Made by a program: the position numbers and the translations under genes. Under the pieces are notes generated by a model. The model was not told the DNA's origin. It did not search any database and saw only the letters and a program-made list of their open reading frames with translations. DNA of 64,000 bases from Vicugna vicugna. Taxonomy: Eukaryota. The stretch lies in contig MU057521.1 in assembly GCA_013265495.1 (NCBI GenBank), positions 620,001-684,000 of the forward strand, read 5' to 3'. This document shows, one piece after another, positions 50,170 to 63,885 of the stretch. Positions within the stretch are counted from its first letter, which is position 1; every line of letters starts with the position of its first letter.

Positions 50170-51815
50170 GAATTACAAAACTGAGTAACTGTATGAGAAA
50201 AGAGCTCAGCCTTGCTAGTAATCAAAGACATGTACAATAGTTTATCAGATACACTTTGTCACCTATCAAGTTGGTAATTTAAAAAATACATGGAAACTAT
50301 GTGAAATACCTATTTGCAAGTGTTAGTAAGGTGAAGTGAAATAATTGTTTGCATTACCCACTAGTAAGAGTATAAACTGGTACAGGCTTCCTGGAGCCTT
50401 TATATCGTGCATAACACTGGATCCAATAATTTCACTTGAGGAAGTAATGTCTTTTTCTTCCTTCCAGATGCAAAACACACTATAAGGGTATAAAAATTAA
50501 AGCAGTATATTTGAATAAAGAACAGAATAGAGAAAGAAATTGAAACAGATATGACTATTTAGTATCTTAAGTTGGTATTTGGAATGAGTGGCAAAAGATG
50601 GTATGGAATAGAAATGATTTGGAGACAACTGGATATTCCTTGAGCAAAAAAGAAACTTAGACCCCTCTCCTCATATCATTAAGCAAAAAGTAATTTCAAA
50701 TTGATTAAATATCTGAACAACAAAGCCCTAGAAGAAAACACAAGAGACCATTTCAGAAACTTTGAGAGGAGAAAGCCTTTCTTAGCAAAGGCATAAAACC
50801 TAGAATTCACAAAGAAAATGACTGAAATTTGAACTAGAACTAAAAATATTTGTATGGCAAAATAAAATACCACAAGTAAAATTAAAACACAATTGATGGA
50901 CTGAAAGAACACATTTGCCAGACATAAAAAACAAAGTTTCTATAAATCAATAATACAAATATAATTTAGTAGAAAATACAGAAATGATTCAATGAGGAAA
51001 TGATTCACTAAAATGGAAATACAATAGACAGTAAACATTGAAAAGATGCTTAGTCTTCTTAACTATAAGGCAATGAAAATTAAGTTATATGTGAACTTTT
51101 GCCTATAAGTTTGGTACAATTTTGTTATTTATAATGTTCAAGAGGGTATGGAAAATGGGAATTCACACAGTTTTAGAGGTATAAATTCTCACAACATTTT
51201 AAACAATAATTTGGCAATATCTATTAAAATTTTAAAAGCCACAAATACTATTACTCAGACATTTCTCTTCCAGGAAGTTATATTATGTAAATACTCAACA
51301 TGCACACAAAGATCCAAGGGTGATTATGGCAGTTTTGTTTATAACAGGAAAATAAACAAACAAATAGGAATAGACCTATAGTCCATCAATTGGGGAAAAT
51401 GGGAGGGACAGAGACACAGTGATTAAGCCGACGGGGTACAGAATCAAACTAAAATTTTTATTATAAATAAATGAATAAAAACTAAAAATAACATAAGTGT
51501 CATAACCAAGCTATTGCTTTAAAACTTATGGTATGTCTATAATGAAATACTTCAGTTATTCAAAATGATGCTTTAGTATTTACTCAAATAGGAAAAGGTT
51601 CATGGTAAACGAGGTTACAATATCACATTTAGCATAAACTATTTTTGCAATATATACACTCCAAAGGAAGGCCACACATGAACACATTAACAATGACCTC
51701 TCTGGGTGGAGTAGGAAGGGGGTTCCAAGGTAGTTTAATTTATTCTCTTAATTTGTATTTTCCAATTTCTTCACCAATCACAACTGACTTCTGTAATTAG
51801 GGAAATAAAAGTTGA
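50170..51815 (+). mobile_element. Ancient L1ME fragments
   Basis: 'ctagtaatcaaagacatg', 'tataaactggtaca', 'acttagacccctctcc', 'ctagaagaaaacac', 'gaaaagatgcttagtc', 'ttggcaatatctattaaaatt'. Confidence 0.65.
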
Positions 51816-53584
51816 ACAGGAACAACAAAATGAAGAGTTAGGAGAGGGAGAAGAATTTCTGAAACTAAGGCAGAGTGCTTTATTTTCTCTTTCTCCCCAA
51901 ACCCCAACTACCTAAAATGAAATGCTTTATCCTTATTTTATACATATAAATACAAAATGTTTTAAATTCCTCTCCAAAACATCCATAATACCATCCACAC
52001 TCACAGCTGTTAATCCCTTATCGTTGAGGGGTTTGGGAATTTGTATGGTGGAATCCATGAAGTCCACATTCTGCTGTCAATCTTAACACCAGGGGTTTTA
52101 GAAAGTAGCATGAATGAAATGTGCTAACGCTAGCCTTAGGATACAATCATTCTACAAAACATGTCTATTTTTTTAACCAAAGAGTAAATGCACATTTCAG
52201 CTGCTATGTATAAAAATATTCACTTTTCAATACGAAAGCTAAGCTGCAATGGGAAGAGAATATAATGAACTGTAAGAAAAATTTAAAGTTATAAGCTTGT
52301 GCAGCCATGCACAAAAACTCCTAAAAACTGTGACCATCCAAGGGTTCCTCTCTGAATGGGTCTTTCATTCCAGTGAGTTGGCACAGTGAAAGATGCAATG
52401 CATTGTTCTGACATCACACCAGGGTGAAAACACACAGTTCTGCTGACATCAATACAATGCACTACAATATATTTTTTACATCTTCTGTAGGTGTTCTGAA
52501 AGGACCCCATTGGTGGGAATGTTTTTTCTTTTTTTAATTGCAGGAAAATCCCCACAATGAATAGAGCACAAAAGTATTTCAATTTCCTAGGAAAAACTGG
52601 AGTCTACTTAGAAATGTGACAGTAACATTAAGCATACAAATAGAAAGAAATTTCAAAGGGAACATATAAAACACTTTTCCTGTGTCACAGTTCATTATGC
52701 AAACTCCACATATCTTAGTATAATGCAGTGTACTTAAAATTAGTTTATGAGGAAACTTGTGTATAATAAATGTCAGCAGATCAAGAGAAACTTAATCTTG
52801 ATGTAGACATGATTTTCTCTCTCCCTCAGCTCTTTCATTCTCATGCCTCCTGGTCTTATTCAAAATTATCTTTATTTAAATTCTTATAAATGAGTTTTCT
52901 TGTGGACTTCACAGCCCCTCTGTCAAATTCCAGAAACCAAAATATAAAATATTATCAGATGTAGATGTGGATGGCAACGTGGATAATGTGGGGTGAAATT
53001 AAACCAGTGGGAAACTGGACAAGTAAGGAACAGATGCAAAGTTTGGACTCTAGTGGGTCTTGGATACTGAATATTCAAGTGTAAGAAGAGCTCAGAATCT
53101 TGTTACATGCAGCTTGACTCAGAAACTGGAGAAACACAAAGGAAGATACTCACCAAAATCAATTCATCTCTGTCATATGATATATATCAGCCTCCTATGA
53201 CCCTCATGTACAAAACAGTAGCCCCAAATGAATTACAGGAATTAGGGTACTTAATCATTTGTTAGCTTAATATATTAATTATAGAAAGATATAGATAGAT
53301 TTTAAATAAAATAGTACAATATAGTGTGCTTAAGTTGATACGGATTTCACTGTACACGAGAGTCAAAATGAAGTGATTTAGGATTCTACATGTTGTATGT
53401 GCTTTCTTATATAAGCATATTTATATAGGACAATTTCCACATAATAGCAAGTCTGTCCAAAAACATGTAGAACACCCAAAATAAAGGCATGAGTAAGAAT
53501 GAAACCAGTCATTAATTAAAGCATTCTATTGAATTCTATTCAATTTGAGTTATTTAATATACATGATTACCAAAGAGGAATTTT

Positions 53585-53770
53585 CAGATTTTTAACTTGT
53601 GGTAAAATATAAATAAACATAAAATTGACAATTTTAGCCATCTGTAAACATACAGTTCAGCAGCATTAAGTACATTCACATTGTTGGGCTAACAGTACCA
53701 CCATCCATCCCCAGAACTTTTTACCCTTCCAAACTGAAATTCCACACTTATTAAACAATAACTACTCATA
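53585..53770 (-). mobile_element. L1MB-like 3' end
   Basis: 'ttgtggtaaaatat...cataaaattgac...tacagttcagcagcattaagtacattcacattgttg...ccatccatccccagaactttt'. Confidence 0.85.
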
Positions 53771-55149
53771 GTAAAAAAAAAATTAATAGAGGGAAAATAT
53801 CGACAAATGTACAAAAACATCACTTAGTAAGTCAAAGTCAGAATAAAGAAAATAGATTTTGATGTGATGTTTCCCAAACTATAAAAGTAAAACCTCTTTT
53901 GTGATTTATTTTTTGCTCTATTCTAGCTCATTTATTAAGTACTTTTATTAACTTCGTATTTATTGTCTAATTGTCTAGCAATTTTCAGTTAACCATCAGT
54001 ACACTGGGAAAAATAGTTATCATTGCTTATCATCTAAGTACAATGGGCCCTTTTAATTTTTTATACAAGTCATTTTACAAATAAAGTACAGAAAAATAAA
54101 GAGAAAGATTTTTAACTATTTAAAATTTCATAAGAATTTAATCATAAAAGACCTCATTTGATCAGGTAAGTGTTGAGCACAAGCATCATAAAAGAAGAAA
54201 TAGCACTGTCAAATATGCTTTTTTTGAGTCTTGTCTCAAAATACAAACATACTGAAGTCCTCAATTGAATGACAAACTGGATGAGAGATATCCTATTTTC
54301 TTTTGTGTTCTTAGAAATAAATTGTTCATTCAATAGTTTTTAAATTTGCGAAAATTCATGCTAGACATCTCCATCTGAAAACTAACCACCTCAAACGTTG
54401 CTTATATGATCAATCTATGGTCTCCCTCTTTCCGTTTATATTTTGATTCATCTTATAATTTTAAACCAGCTTCCCCTATCTACTTCTTTCCTTTGGCATT
54501 TTGGGGCAGAGATGTAAAGTTCTAAATTCTCAACTATTTCAATGAAAGCTAAATGCACACCACAGAGATGATGTCTTCAGTCTTCTCCTATACCATTCCA
54601 GAAACATGATACAATCCTTTGGGCAACATAATAAAAAACCTGAAGAACAATGATTTATTTTACTATTGTATCATTCTTTGGAGAACTTCAAATTTAGGAT
54701 ATTCTACCATTCTTATGTTTTCCTGTTATTTCAGTTTGGCCTAGTTGTTAATAATCAATGAGTAATGATTAATTAATTCTAAGATAATGAACTAGCACAA
54801 TGTTCCAAGATATAAAAAATAATGATAATAATAAGATCTCATATTATGTTTTAGATTTACAAAAAGTAAATCTAAGTGTTTAAAAGACCCATATAGTAAT
54901 TGCAAGAGTGAATGAGAGGGGTTTTCCCGATTTAAAAGAAATTACAAATTTTCTCTTTCTTCTTTGGAAGGCTTGGATGAAAAAATAAAAATCATGAAGT
55001 ATCAGTCCTTACAAATAGTTAAACCTGTTCAAAAATAAAATCTAAAACTACAATTGGACCCAAGAGACCCTGTGGTATACCAATGAAATAAATGTATTAC
55101 AGAAGTAAATTCTGTATCATGACATAATTAGAAAAACAACATATCTGCT

Positions 55150-55485
55150 ATATCAGTTAGAACTGTGTTCCTTTATATACCCTCCTAAACTAACAACAGC
55201 TTAAACAGATAAATCTCTCAGAAAGGAAGAATGAAGCTAGGGCAGAAAACGTGCATCTCTCAAGCATGCTCTCCTTAAGCATCCTTCCTAGATGTCACAC
55301 GTGGCATTTCTGCTTATCTCAACAGCCAGAACTAAAACACATGACCAGGCTTAGGTGCAAGGAAAGCTAGGCATTACAGTCTTTTAGCTGGACACATTGC
55401 CACTACCAGTAACAAAGAGCCTCCTTTAGTAAAGGAGACGGGAGTAATGGACTTAGGGTAGGTAACCAATATTTTGTGCCACAAC
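55150..55485 (-). mobile_element. Old MaLR LTR fragment
   Basis: 'catttctgcttatctc...gccagaac...cacatgacc...gtgcaaggaaagctagg...tagctggacacattgcc'. Confidence 0.55.
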
Positions 55486-56289
55486 CACCAAAGAACAGAA
55501 GGTAATACAAGAAAAAATAATACTATAAATAGATATATATTACTGATAACTGAAGTCTTAAGCCCAAAAGCTTCTCACTTGGTTATAAAGGGAAAATATC
55601 AAATACTAGAAAAACGTTAGTGATTTCCTCTTCAACTTGACTCCAATCAAAGTACTGAAAAGGGCAATAACAATTTCCCCCCACAATGATTTTATAATTT
55701 AATGATTCAGTATCATTTAATGGTGTATTTACGTAGCACTTAAAATCACCTCCTGAATGACCAGCAGTGTGCCTCCCACACTTTGGGAAAGGTTAGGCTA
55801 AAGTGAAAATCATGAAAGGAGATAAGATCTTAGAGGTAAACTGAGGATAGGGAAAGATAAAAAAACTAGTTGCTAGGCCAAGGAATTCTAAAATAGAATT
55901 TTGGAATTTATATCTACACAGGCACTTAGACATTAACCAGCCATAGAACCATAAACTCACAAAATTGAAAATTAGCTTAAAAGTAATCTTTTCCATTGAA
56001 TAGGATGATTATTTTAAAAACATCTTTGGAGGATAGTTATCTAAGCTCTGTTTCAATTCTTGGAAGGGTTGAACCATTGAAATGAATATGGAGCCAATAA
56101 TTATCAACCAATTTCACTTTAAAACCCTTCTAATCCTAGAAAATTCTTCCTAATACAGAATTAAAATAAGCCTGTTTCCTCACTGGAACTATATAGAAAA
56201 AGGAATTTAATCACTTTTCCATGTATAAATTCTCTAAAATTTTATTTATTCACTTTTATTCACTTACAACTTCTACTTATTCATTCTTA

Positions 56290-56900
56290 TTTAAAAGACT
56301 ACTTGAATATATTTTTATGTAAAAATTATAATTTATACAACTAAAGAGCCCCTTGACCCTCCCTCAATCCCACAGAGGGAACTATCATTATCAGCTTGAT
56401 TTGAATCATTCCAGATCTTTTATCTCTTTATGTACATAGGGAAATGTATTGTTTTGTGGGGGGGCTCCCATAAATTATAATATATATATATATATAACAT
56501 ACATTTTTTCACTTAATAATCCTTGATGATATTTTTGCATGTCAGAACCTATAGATCTGCCTCTTAAATTTTAACCACTGCATGGTATTCCATAGTTGTA
56601 TCAAGGATAAAACCTATGATAAACCCTTAGGATACTTCCAATTTGGGGCAATTAACAAAACTGCTAGAGTAAATACCCGTGTAAATTTATCTGTATATGT
56701 ACCTTTGTGCATATGCACTTGTGTACAAAATTTCTCTAAATGACCTACAAATGTGTATTTTTAAAAAAGTGATCATACCAAATTGCCATGCAACACAACT
56801 ATTCCATTTCACACCCACTATCAGATTCTGAGAATCTCCATTACCTCACATTCTCATTGGTACTCTATACTATTAGTATCTGTGCCTTTTCCTAATCTAA
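56290..56900 (-). mobile_element. Ancient L1ME fragment
   Basis: 'ttttttcacttaataat...catggtattccatag...ttccaatttgggg...ataccaaattgcc...cctcacattctc'. Confidence 0.6.
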
Positions 56901-56939
56901 AACAACCTTTCATTTTTTAAAGTCATTTACAATATCTCT

Positions 56940-57860
56940 AAAATCTTTTCTTTCCAAACCTAGCCCTCTAGCTCCTTCAGTCCTACCCTTATGGGTCATG
57001 GTTTTTAGACCTTTCACTCTCCCAGCCTGCCTCCTGGAGACACCTCAATTTATCACTGTCGCTTTTAAAATGTATTTCCAAGAACTGATTATAATGCTAG
57101 AACTGTACTCTGACCCGACCTGTGTCAGGACAAAATAGGACTGTTACCTATCTTCTTTGGAACTGGTAGATCTTAATATTTCATGAGTTACTGTTCTTAT
57201 TAAGAATTTAATAAAAGGTATGAACCTTTTCTCCTAAAAAAAAAAGTACACAAACGTGCAATATGCATACAATGTCAGAGGCTTCATGAACCACAGACCC
57301 AAAGTTAATCATTTATTAATGCAGCCTTAAATCACATTTATATTTCAGTAGCCGTATCACACTGTTGATTCACATTCAGTTTGCAATCAACTGTATCTGA
57401 AGCCTAATTCACATTATATATTTAACTACTGGAAAATTACATCATTGTCAGCCTATATTTTTTATACTTCTGGAAGCTAAGTACTGAGCATTTGCATTAT
57501 TCTCTCAATGTTTCATCTTTTCACTTCCTATCTATTTCATCAGCCCACTGAGCTCTTCGTGAACTGGTTAGGTCTGCTAATTTATGAATGTCTTCATTCA
57601 TCTCAATGAGAAAGATTTAAGTAGGAGCACAGCATGTCATACAGCTTCTCTCCAGAAGCTTTCATTTTTTTTCCAACAACTTTTTTTTGAGTGACCACTG
57701 TGGGCCAGACTCTGAAGTAACTAAGCTGTGACCTAACACATACTTGTCTTCCCCTGAAAGATATCAGTACAAATTGATCAACATCTTGCTGAAATCTAGG
57801 TATATTTTTTGCATAGTAAGTATCACATAGTCTACCAAATGAGAAGCCTAAGCATCAAGA
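56940..57860 (-). mobile_element. L3/CR1 LINE fragments, with a small hAT-like insert at ~57165-57310
   Basis: 'ctccttcagtcc...gtcatggtttttagacctttcac...ctcctggagacacctcaatttatcactgtcgcttttaaaatg...caagaactga' matches recalled antisense L3 RT sequence. Later blocks include 'ttgctgaaatctagg'. Confidence 0.65.
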
Positions 57861-58331
57861 CGGGAATTGATATTTGTTTGCATTGCCCTGATTTGTTCAC
57901 ATATTCTTTCAAAAGACTTTTTGAGCATATTTCAGGTGAGAGGTGCTGTCCTGGGGCCGGAATTACAGTGATGCACATGACATAATGATGCCTCCCTCGT
58001 GGAGGTTATAGTCTGATGAGGGACTGCTGCACTCATACTGGCTCTAAGTCATCATCACGAGTGTTTCAAAACTTCTGTTGAATAGTTCATTCTAAAAATG
58101 TGCCCACTATAAAAAAAAAACCAGGTCAGGGACATTACTTGATCTTTTCAAACTTAAATAGCTAACTAGTGATTAAAGGTGGCATTATTTGATCAACAGT
58201 AAGAGTGGTGAGTTACCAAAATGGTGTCCAAAGAAAACATTCAAGAATTTTGTAAGTAAATGAAGCAGAGGAGGACAACAGAGGATAGCAAGAAGACTGC
58301 AGCAAACTCAGAACATTAAAAATGTGGTGTA

Positions 58332-58357
58332 GTGCTCGATTCGGCAGCACATATACT
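58332..58357 (+). pseudogene. U6 snRNA retrocopy, 3'-truncated (U6 nt 1-26)
   Basis: gtgctcgattcggcagcacatatact matches U6 GTGCTCGCTTCGGCAGCACATATACT at 25 of 26 positions. It starts at U6 nt 1 and ends at the internal A-run. Confidence 0.93.
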
Positions 58358-58374
58358 TAAAAAAAGTGGTGTAG

Positions 58375-58480
58375 AAAAAGAATATGGATACAAATATATG
58401 TATGTATATGTATGTCTGAAACATTATGCTGTACACCAGAACCTGACACATTGTAAACTGACTATACTTCATTTAAAAAC
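58375..58480 (+). mobile_element. Young camelid-type L1 extreme 3' end
   Basis: 'aaaaagaatatg...tatgtatgtctgaaacattatgctgtacaccagaacctgacacattgtaaactgactatacttca' plus an A-rich tail. Confidence 0.9.
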
Positions 58481-59056
58481 ATAGGAAAAGTAGTGTAATC
58501 TAATCTATTGACTATGAATATAAATTTCACCTAATGAAATTCACAATATTCTGTCTTATTATCTTTGTAAATTCACTATTATCACCAGAGGCGAGCATCT
58601 CCTACTTCCATATTTCAAAAGGGAAGTCCAGGATCTAAGCCTCTGAGTCTCTAGCAATGGGGCTTAACGATTTCACTGTTTAATCATGTCCGTATCTATG
58701 GAAAAGCCCAGCTCTTTTCCTGGATATGTGGGTGTCTCAGAATGTAAACTATCATAAGTATTACTTCTTCAAAGGGGCACATGGTAACACAAAATTAACA
58801 ATTTCAATGAAAAATTGAATTTGATTTATTTAGTGTCAGTGAGTTTTTTTAAAAGTAGTTTTCAACTGAATAGTTAGAAATTCCACTTTCAATAGACTGC
58901 GTATCATAAAATGAGCTCATTTTCCAAGCCACTTTTCAAAAATCCAAACACTACCATGCTTACTATGCTTACTATTGAAAATAACAAAAGAAGCATATTG
59001 ATTTGGAATTAATATGGGTCTGAGGCCATGCATTCATGACCTGAATCAGGATGGTA

Positions 59057-59081
59057 ACACACACACACACACACACACACA
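59057..59081. repeat. (AC)n microsatellite
   Basis: About 12 perfect AC units. Confidence 0.95.
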
Positions 59082-62000
59082 AATATTTCACTTAGTGCAA
59101 TGTTAAATTAACATTAGTTCTTTAGCTCTATGGGACAGAGAAGTGATTTCCTACATAAGCTTAAAGCCATAATTAAACATATATTTCATTTCTCATTTAG
59201 AATAGTCTTTTGAGCACATCTGATAACAGCTGCAAGGAAAGCAACTGGCAGTTTCCAGTCAAAAGGAAAACTGTTGATTCTTTAAAAGCTACTTTGTGGC
59301 TTTTCAAATCCTCTTTTTGTCTCTCCACCTCATCTTCCCCTGCTTGATATTATTTTTTGAATTAGAAAATTGGTGTTTTACTAGAAAAATAATGTTGCTA
59401 CAAGTAAAAAAAATTAAATAGCCAAATTAATGAGAATTTCTCTAATTGCTTTCTAGTTAGTCAGGCATTTCTGTTGACCCTTGCTCTATGTTTTTGAGAA
59501 AAGCTGTTATTAGAAGAAAACTACATAGTTACAACTGCAAATTACATTTTTTAGAAAACCTAAACTATTTCCACATCTCAGAGAAATATTAATACTCAGC
59601 ATGGCAGCCAGGATTCTGAAAAAGATCATCACACTGTGAGCTTTTGATTACATGAGATTTAATGGAAATTCTTCACAGAATACATTATAAATAAGAATAA
59701 AAATATGTATTTGTTAAGTGTTGTATTTATATGAAATATAGTATACACATAAATACATACTTACATATTTATAAATATATCAAATATATTTCTAAATATG
59801 TTTTTTAATAAATGGTCATATTTCATAGATACAACTAGTAAGTATGAAAGGGCCTATAATTCATAAATAAAATTGTCATGACTCATCCATTTAACATAAA
59901 CTTACTCTACGAAACAGTAGGGGAAATATTTTCCAACGACTGTATTTTTTTTACTGTTCTTTTGGACAGACAGCAGTGTGCCTTTCTATTACATTTGCTT
60001 GTTTGCTTTCCTGAGTCTTTAAATGCTAATAATTAGCAAAGGAGGAAATATTTTCTGTGAATTAAAAACATCTGCAACTCTTCTTTCCCTTCTTCTAGAT
60101 AAATTAACTTTCCCTGAAGCAGCAGGAGAAAAGAGAGAAAAAAGTAAATTGTTAGTTTTGTAGCTTAGGGTAAGCCTTGTGAATAAGCGACCAGCTTACC
60201 TACTAACTAAAAACACAACTTCATAATTATCATTTGGCTTTATTGCTTCCTGTTCTTTTCTTTCATTCAACATCATGATCAGCACTAGCTACTACATGCA
60301 ACGGCTACCCATAGCATCCATCCTAAGCAAAATTATGAAACTGACAATCATGTTTTTACTTTAGAAAAAGTTTGAGTGAGCCAGTAAGCTCATCTGCTGT
60401 TAAAAGTACATCACTTTTATGGATATGCGATGGCTTTGTTCAGTGGGAGGGGACAAGGGCAAATCCTGAGCAGGTCAGGAGTCACATGAGAAGTGGGCCA
60501 CGAAAGATGTGGTCAACAGACCGAGGTCAGCTTGAAAGAAGCAGAGGAGGAGGTTTTCAGAGCACAGGGAGAATATTCAGGGAAGGGTCTCTACCCACTT
60601 AGTGTCCCCATTGTCAGCCCTGCCAAGGCAGTCTCCATCAGAGCACTTAGTGTGGTGGTGACACAGCCTGGGTCTCCTTTGATCTTGACTTCTCTAAGTG
60701 TGTCTGAGGACTCATTCCTTGGTGTGGAGAATCCACTACTCTGTGAATTACACTCAGAGAGCACAATCCCATCTGTATGTCAACAATCTCTGCTCCACCC
60801 ACCAGCGCCAAGGCCCCGTCTTCCCTCTGTCCTGACTCCCCTGAAAATGATGTATCACAGGACTGAAGATCTACTAAGTCCATGCTGATTCTCTCCAGAA
60901 AATTCTTTTTCTTTTTAACTTAACAGCTCTATGCTACATTATAACATCTAGCCAGTATGAGCCACTGTTTAATCATGATGTGTTTCAGACTTCCAGCCCC
61001 TTCTCCTCCCTGTCTCCCCATAAAATTTCAAAATTTAAGGCTCTGTTATCTAATTCTATAAATCTGAAGTTCTATAAAATTCTTTTATTTAATGCAAGTT
61101 GTTTATATTTCCCTTCCAAATGCTAAAAAATGGACTATGTTTCATGTTCAACAACTAGATTAAATTCTTTCAGTCTGACAGTGATTTATTGTTTCCTAAA
61201 GTACCAAAATTAATTAAAGGATGTAACATATATTAAGAGATAACAGTCTCACTTTTAAAGATTTTAATCATTTCTAAAAGTTTGTAATTATTTTGCAATT
61301 TTATCTTTTTCTTAATCTCTGGTACTTAGGCCCTTTTTAGCCTAGTTTTACTATACTTATCCAAAAAAAAAAAAAAAGCCATGCACGATGACTTCCAGAA
61401 CTGCTTCCAATGCAAATTCAAGTATATGCCAGTGTTTCAAATCATGTTTACAGCTGTGCACTTGGATGTTGAAAACTCACCTCTCACCTTGTATGATGTT
61501 TACTGAATGGGAGACCAACTGAAACCAAAAAAAAACTTTTTTAAACCTATTTCTCTGGGGATTGGGCAACATGGCAGTACTAGTGCTGGTTATTATTTGT
61601 GTCTAAGTTAGACTTCATTTTCCTTAGGATAGAGAAAATGCCCTTCCCAATCAATACAACATCTGCCACACTATGGGAGCTTATAAAACATACAGTGATT
61701 ACTAAGATCTCATCCATCTAGACTTCTGTATATACTAATTTTATTTAATGTCAAATAGCATTGATTTAAGATTAGTCAATGTAGTCTTTGGAAAACATTT
61801 CCCAGAATGCACATTTTTTTGACATTTGCTTTGAGGTAGACTTAATAGTATCACTGGAATAATACTGGAATCCAACCTGATAAAAGAACTCACCAAAAAA
61901 AACCCAAAAAAACAAACCAAAAAAAAAAAAAAACAGCCAAGAGCTCACCTTCTGCTTATATCATTTTAAATCACATGTTTCTTTTTCCTCCTTTAATATT

Positions 62001-62477
62001 TTTCCTTTCCAACAGTAAAAGAAAGGTACAAGAATCCAGCCCTTAGTCACAAACCATTTTAGGAAATTCCTCAATATTCTCACTCCATTTTTTAACAAGC
62101 AATGAAAAAGCTAATCAACGACAGGGTTAATAATTAGGTTCCAGAGCTTCTGCAGTATCTCCCATTACTCAACAGCCCCTTGCTCTCCTCTCCCTACCCT
62201 CCTCTACCCCTCTGCCCGCCCCTCCTTCCTCCTGCAAACATTACGGAAAATGCAAGAACAAACAGGATTGTGTTTCTGAGGGGAAAGCGAAGGCCTAGAG
62301 GTGTTCATGTCAGACCGCAGGCTCTGTATTTACAACTCCCCAGTCTTTGTTGTTCAGATTTGTTCTCAGGCAGGAAGTGGTGGGAACTTCCAGTGATGAC
62401 CCCTTCATTGCCCCAGTGTAGAAAGTACAGTCCTCTACTCTCACATAAAAGGAATCTCAGAAGGAAGGAGATAGAGA

Positions 62478-62645
62478 ACGACAAAGAGGGTAGGGGGGCA
62501 GCTGCGGGGCAGCGGCACAAGTGGGACCCAGTGCCTCCCTCGCTGCCCCTCAGGCAGCACTGAGCCGGTGAGCCCAGCCGAGGCCTGCCCGGAGCATGTA
62601 CATCCTGCCACGCACCGCATCGTTCTCGCCCGACCTAAAACGGGA
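62478..62645. promoter_or_regulatory. Small CpG-rich, GC-rich patch (candidate regulatory element or exon)
   Basis: About 13 CpGs in ~170 bp in an otherwise CpG-poor window, not recognisably repeat-derived. An ETS-like caggaagt lies at 62371-62378. Confidence 0.4.
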
Positions 62646-62659
62646 ATAAAGAGCAGCTA

Positions 62660-62740
62660 CTTCCCCAGGCAGCTGTGAGGATCTAATGAGTTAACATAAA
62701 GAAAGCTCTCAGAAAGAGGCCTGGCACACACGAAGCCCTC
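62660..62740 (+). mobile_element. MIR 3' fragment
   Basis: 'gctgtgaggatctaatgagttaacataaagaaagctctcagaaagaggcctggcacac'. Confidence 0.7.
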
Positions 62741-63564
62741 ACTAGATCATTTTGTAAGAAATACAACATGGCATACAAGAGGTCCCAGGACATAAAATTT
62801 AGAAAGGGTTTGAAAATGGTTTTCCAAAGCCTTGGGGGAGGAGAGGAATTATTTGAGGAAAATGGCATTCTTGATCTTCTAGAAATACAGAATTTTTTTA
62901 ATAGACCTAGTAAATGGGCAAAGGAGCAGTTTTTGTTTGTTTGCTTGTTTTGCCTTTTTGACAAAACAGAAGACTCTCTAACTCCAGTCTCACAGTAAAT
63001 CAGTTTCTTCATTTAAGTAGAGTGTGAGGAGAATTAAAACACCTTGTCCACTGTCTCCTACTGTTCTTTCCATGACAGGTCAATGTTGCTTGTCCCACAA
63101 GGACTGGCTTAATGGCCTGCATCCGCAGCATGCTGTGTGATTCATTTTCTTTGCAGGAAAGTCAGTCATCACTTTTATAAACATTCGCAGTCACTGCTCT
63201 TCTTTGCTGCAGTGTTCCAGTGACACGTCCTCGCTGTTTTGCTAAGCAGCAGGGTCTGTGTGCTCTGCCAGGACAGCGACTAGCCCCGCTCATCTCTGGG
63301 ATGACTCCAGTAGGGAAATTAAAGCCCCGAACGTGGGAGAGCAATGATTTGGTCTGTGGTGGGTTAGGCAGGGACCCGACTGAGACCACAGTGATAAAAT
63401 ATGTTTTAAGAATAAACAAAGTGAAGAGGGCAAAGAGCAAATTAGGCGTCAGAGCAGTGAGAGGAGAGCGTCAAGAATTAAGAGAAGAGTATTACTGATG
63501 GTCAGGGGATATTCAGGGAAAAGAGGAAACAATGAGAAACAGGAATCTGTCGAGACGTGTGGAG

Positions 63565-63885
63565 ATCTAGATCTGAGTAGCCATGTAACCTCATGCAACT
63601 CTCTTCACTTCTCTGAGTCTGTTTTTCATCTGAAAAAATAGTAACGGCTAATAACTGTGTAACATTTACTATCAGGCAGGCTTTGTTCTAACTGCTTTGC
63701 ATGTGTCAACTCATTCTATCATTACAACCCGATGAGTAGGTACCAGGAATGTTACAGAAGAGGAAACTGGAGGAACAGGGATTAAGTAATACTTGCCCAA
63801 GGACACCCACCTAGAAAGCAGAGGACTCAGAATTCCCACCTGGGTAGCCCAGCTCCAGGGCGCATGTGCTCAGCCACTGTGCCTC
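63565..63885. mobile_element. Two adjacent MIR SINEs (+ at ~63565-63645, - at ~63645-63885)
   Basis: 'agccatgtaacc...cttctctgagtctgtttttcatctgaaaaaa', then 'aacatttactatcaggcagg...acagaagaggaaactgg...cttgcccaaggacac'. Confidence 0.75.

Noticed and set aside
58332..58357. Functional U6 snRNA gene
   Set aside because: Only 26 nt of U6 are present, flanked by TSDs, with no recognisable upstream PSE/TATA promoter. It is a retrocopy.
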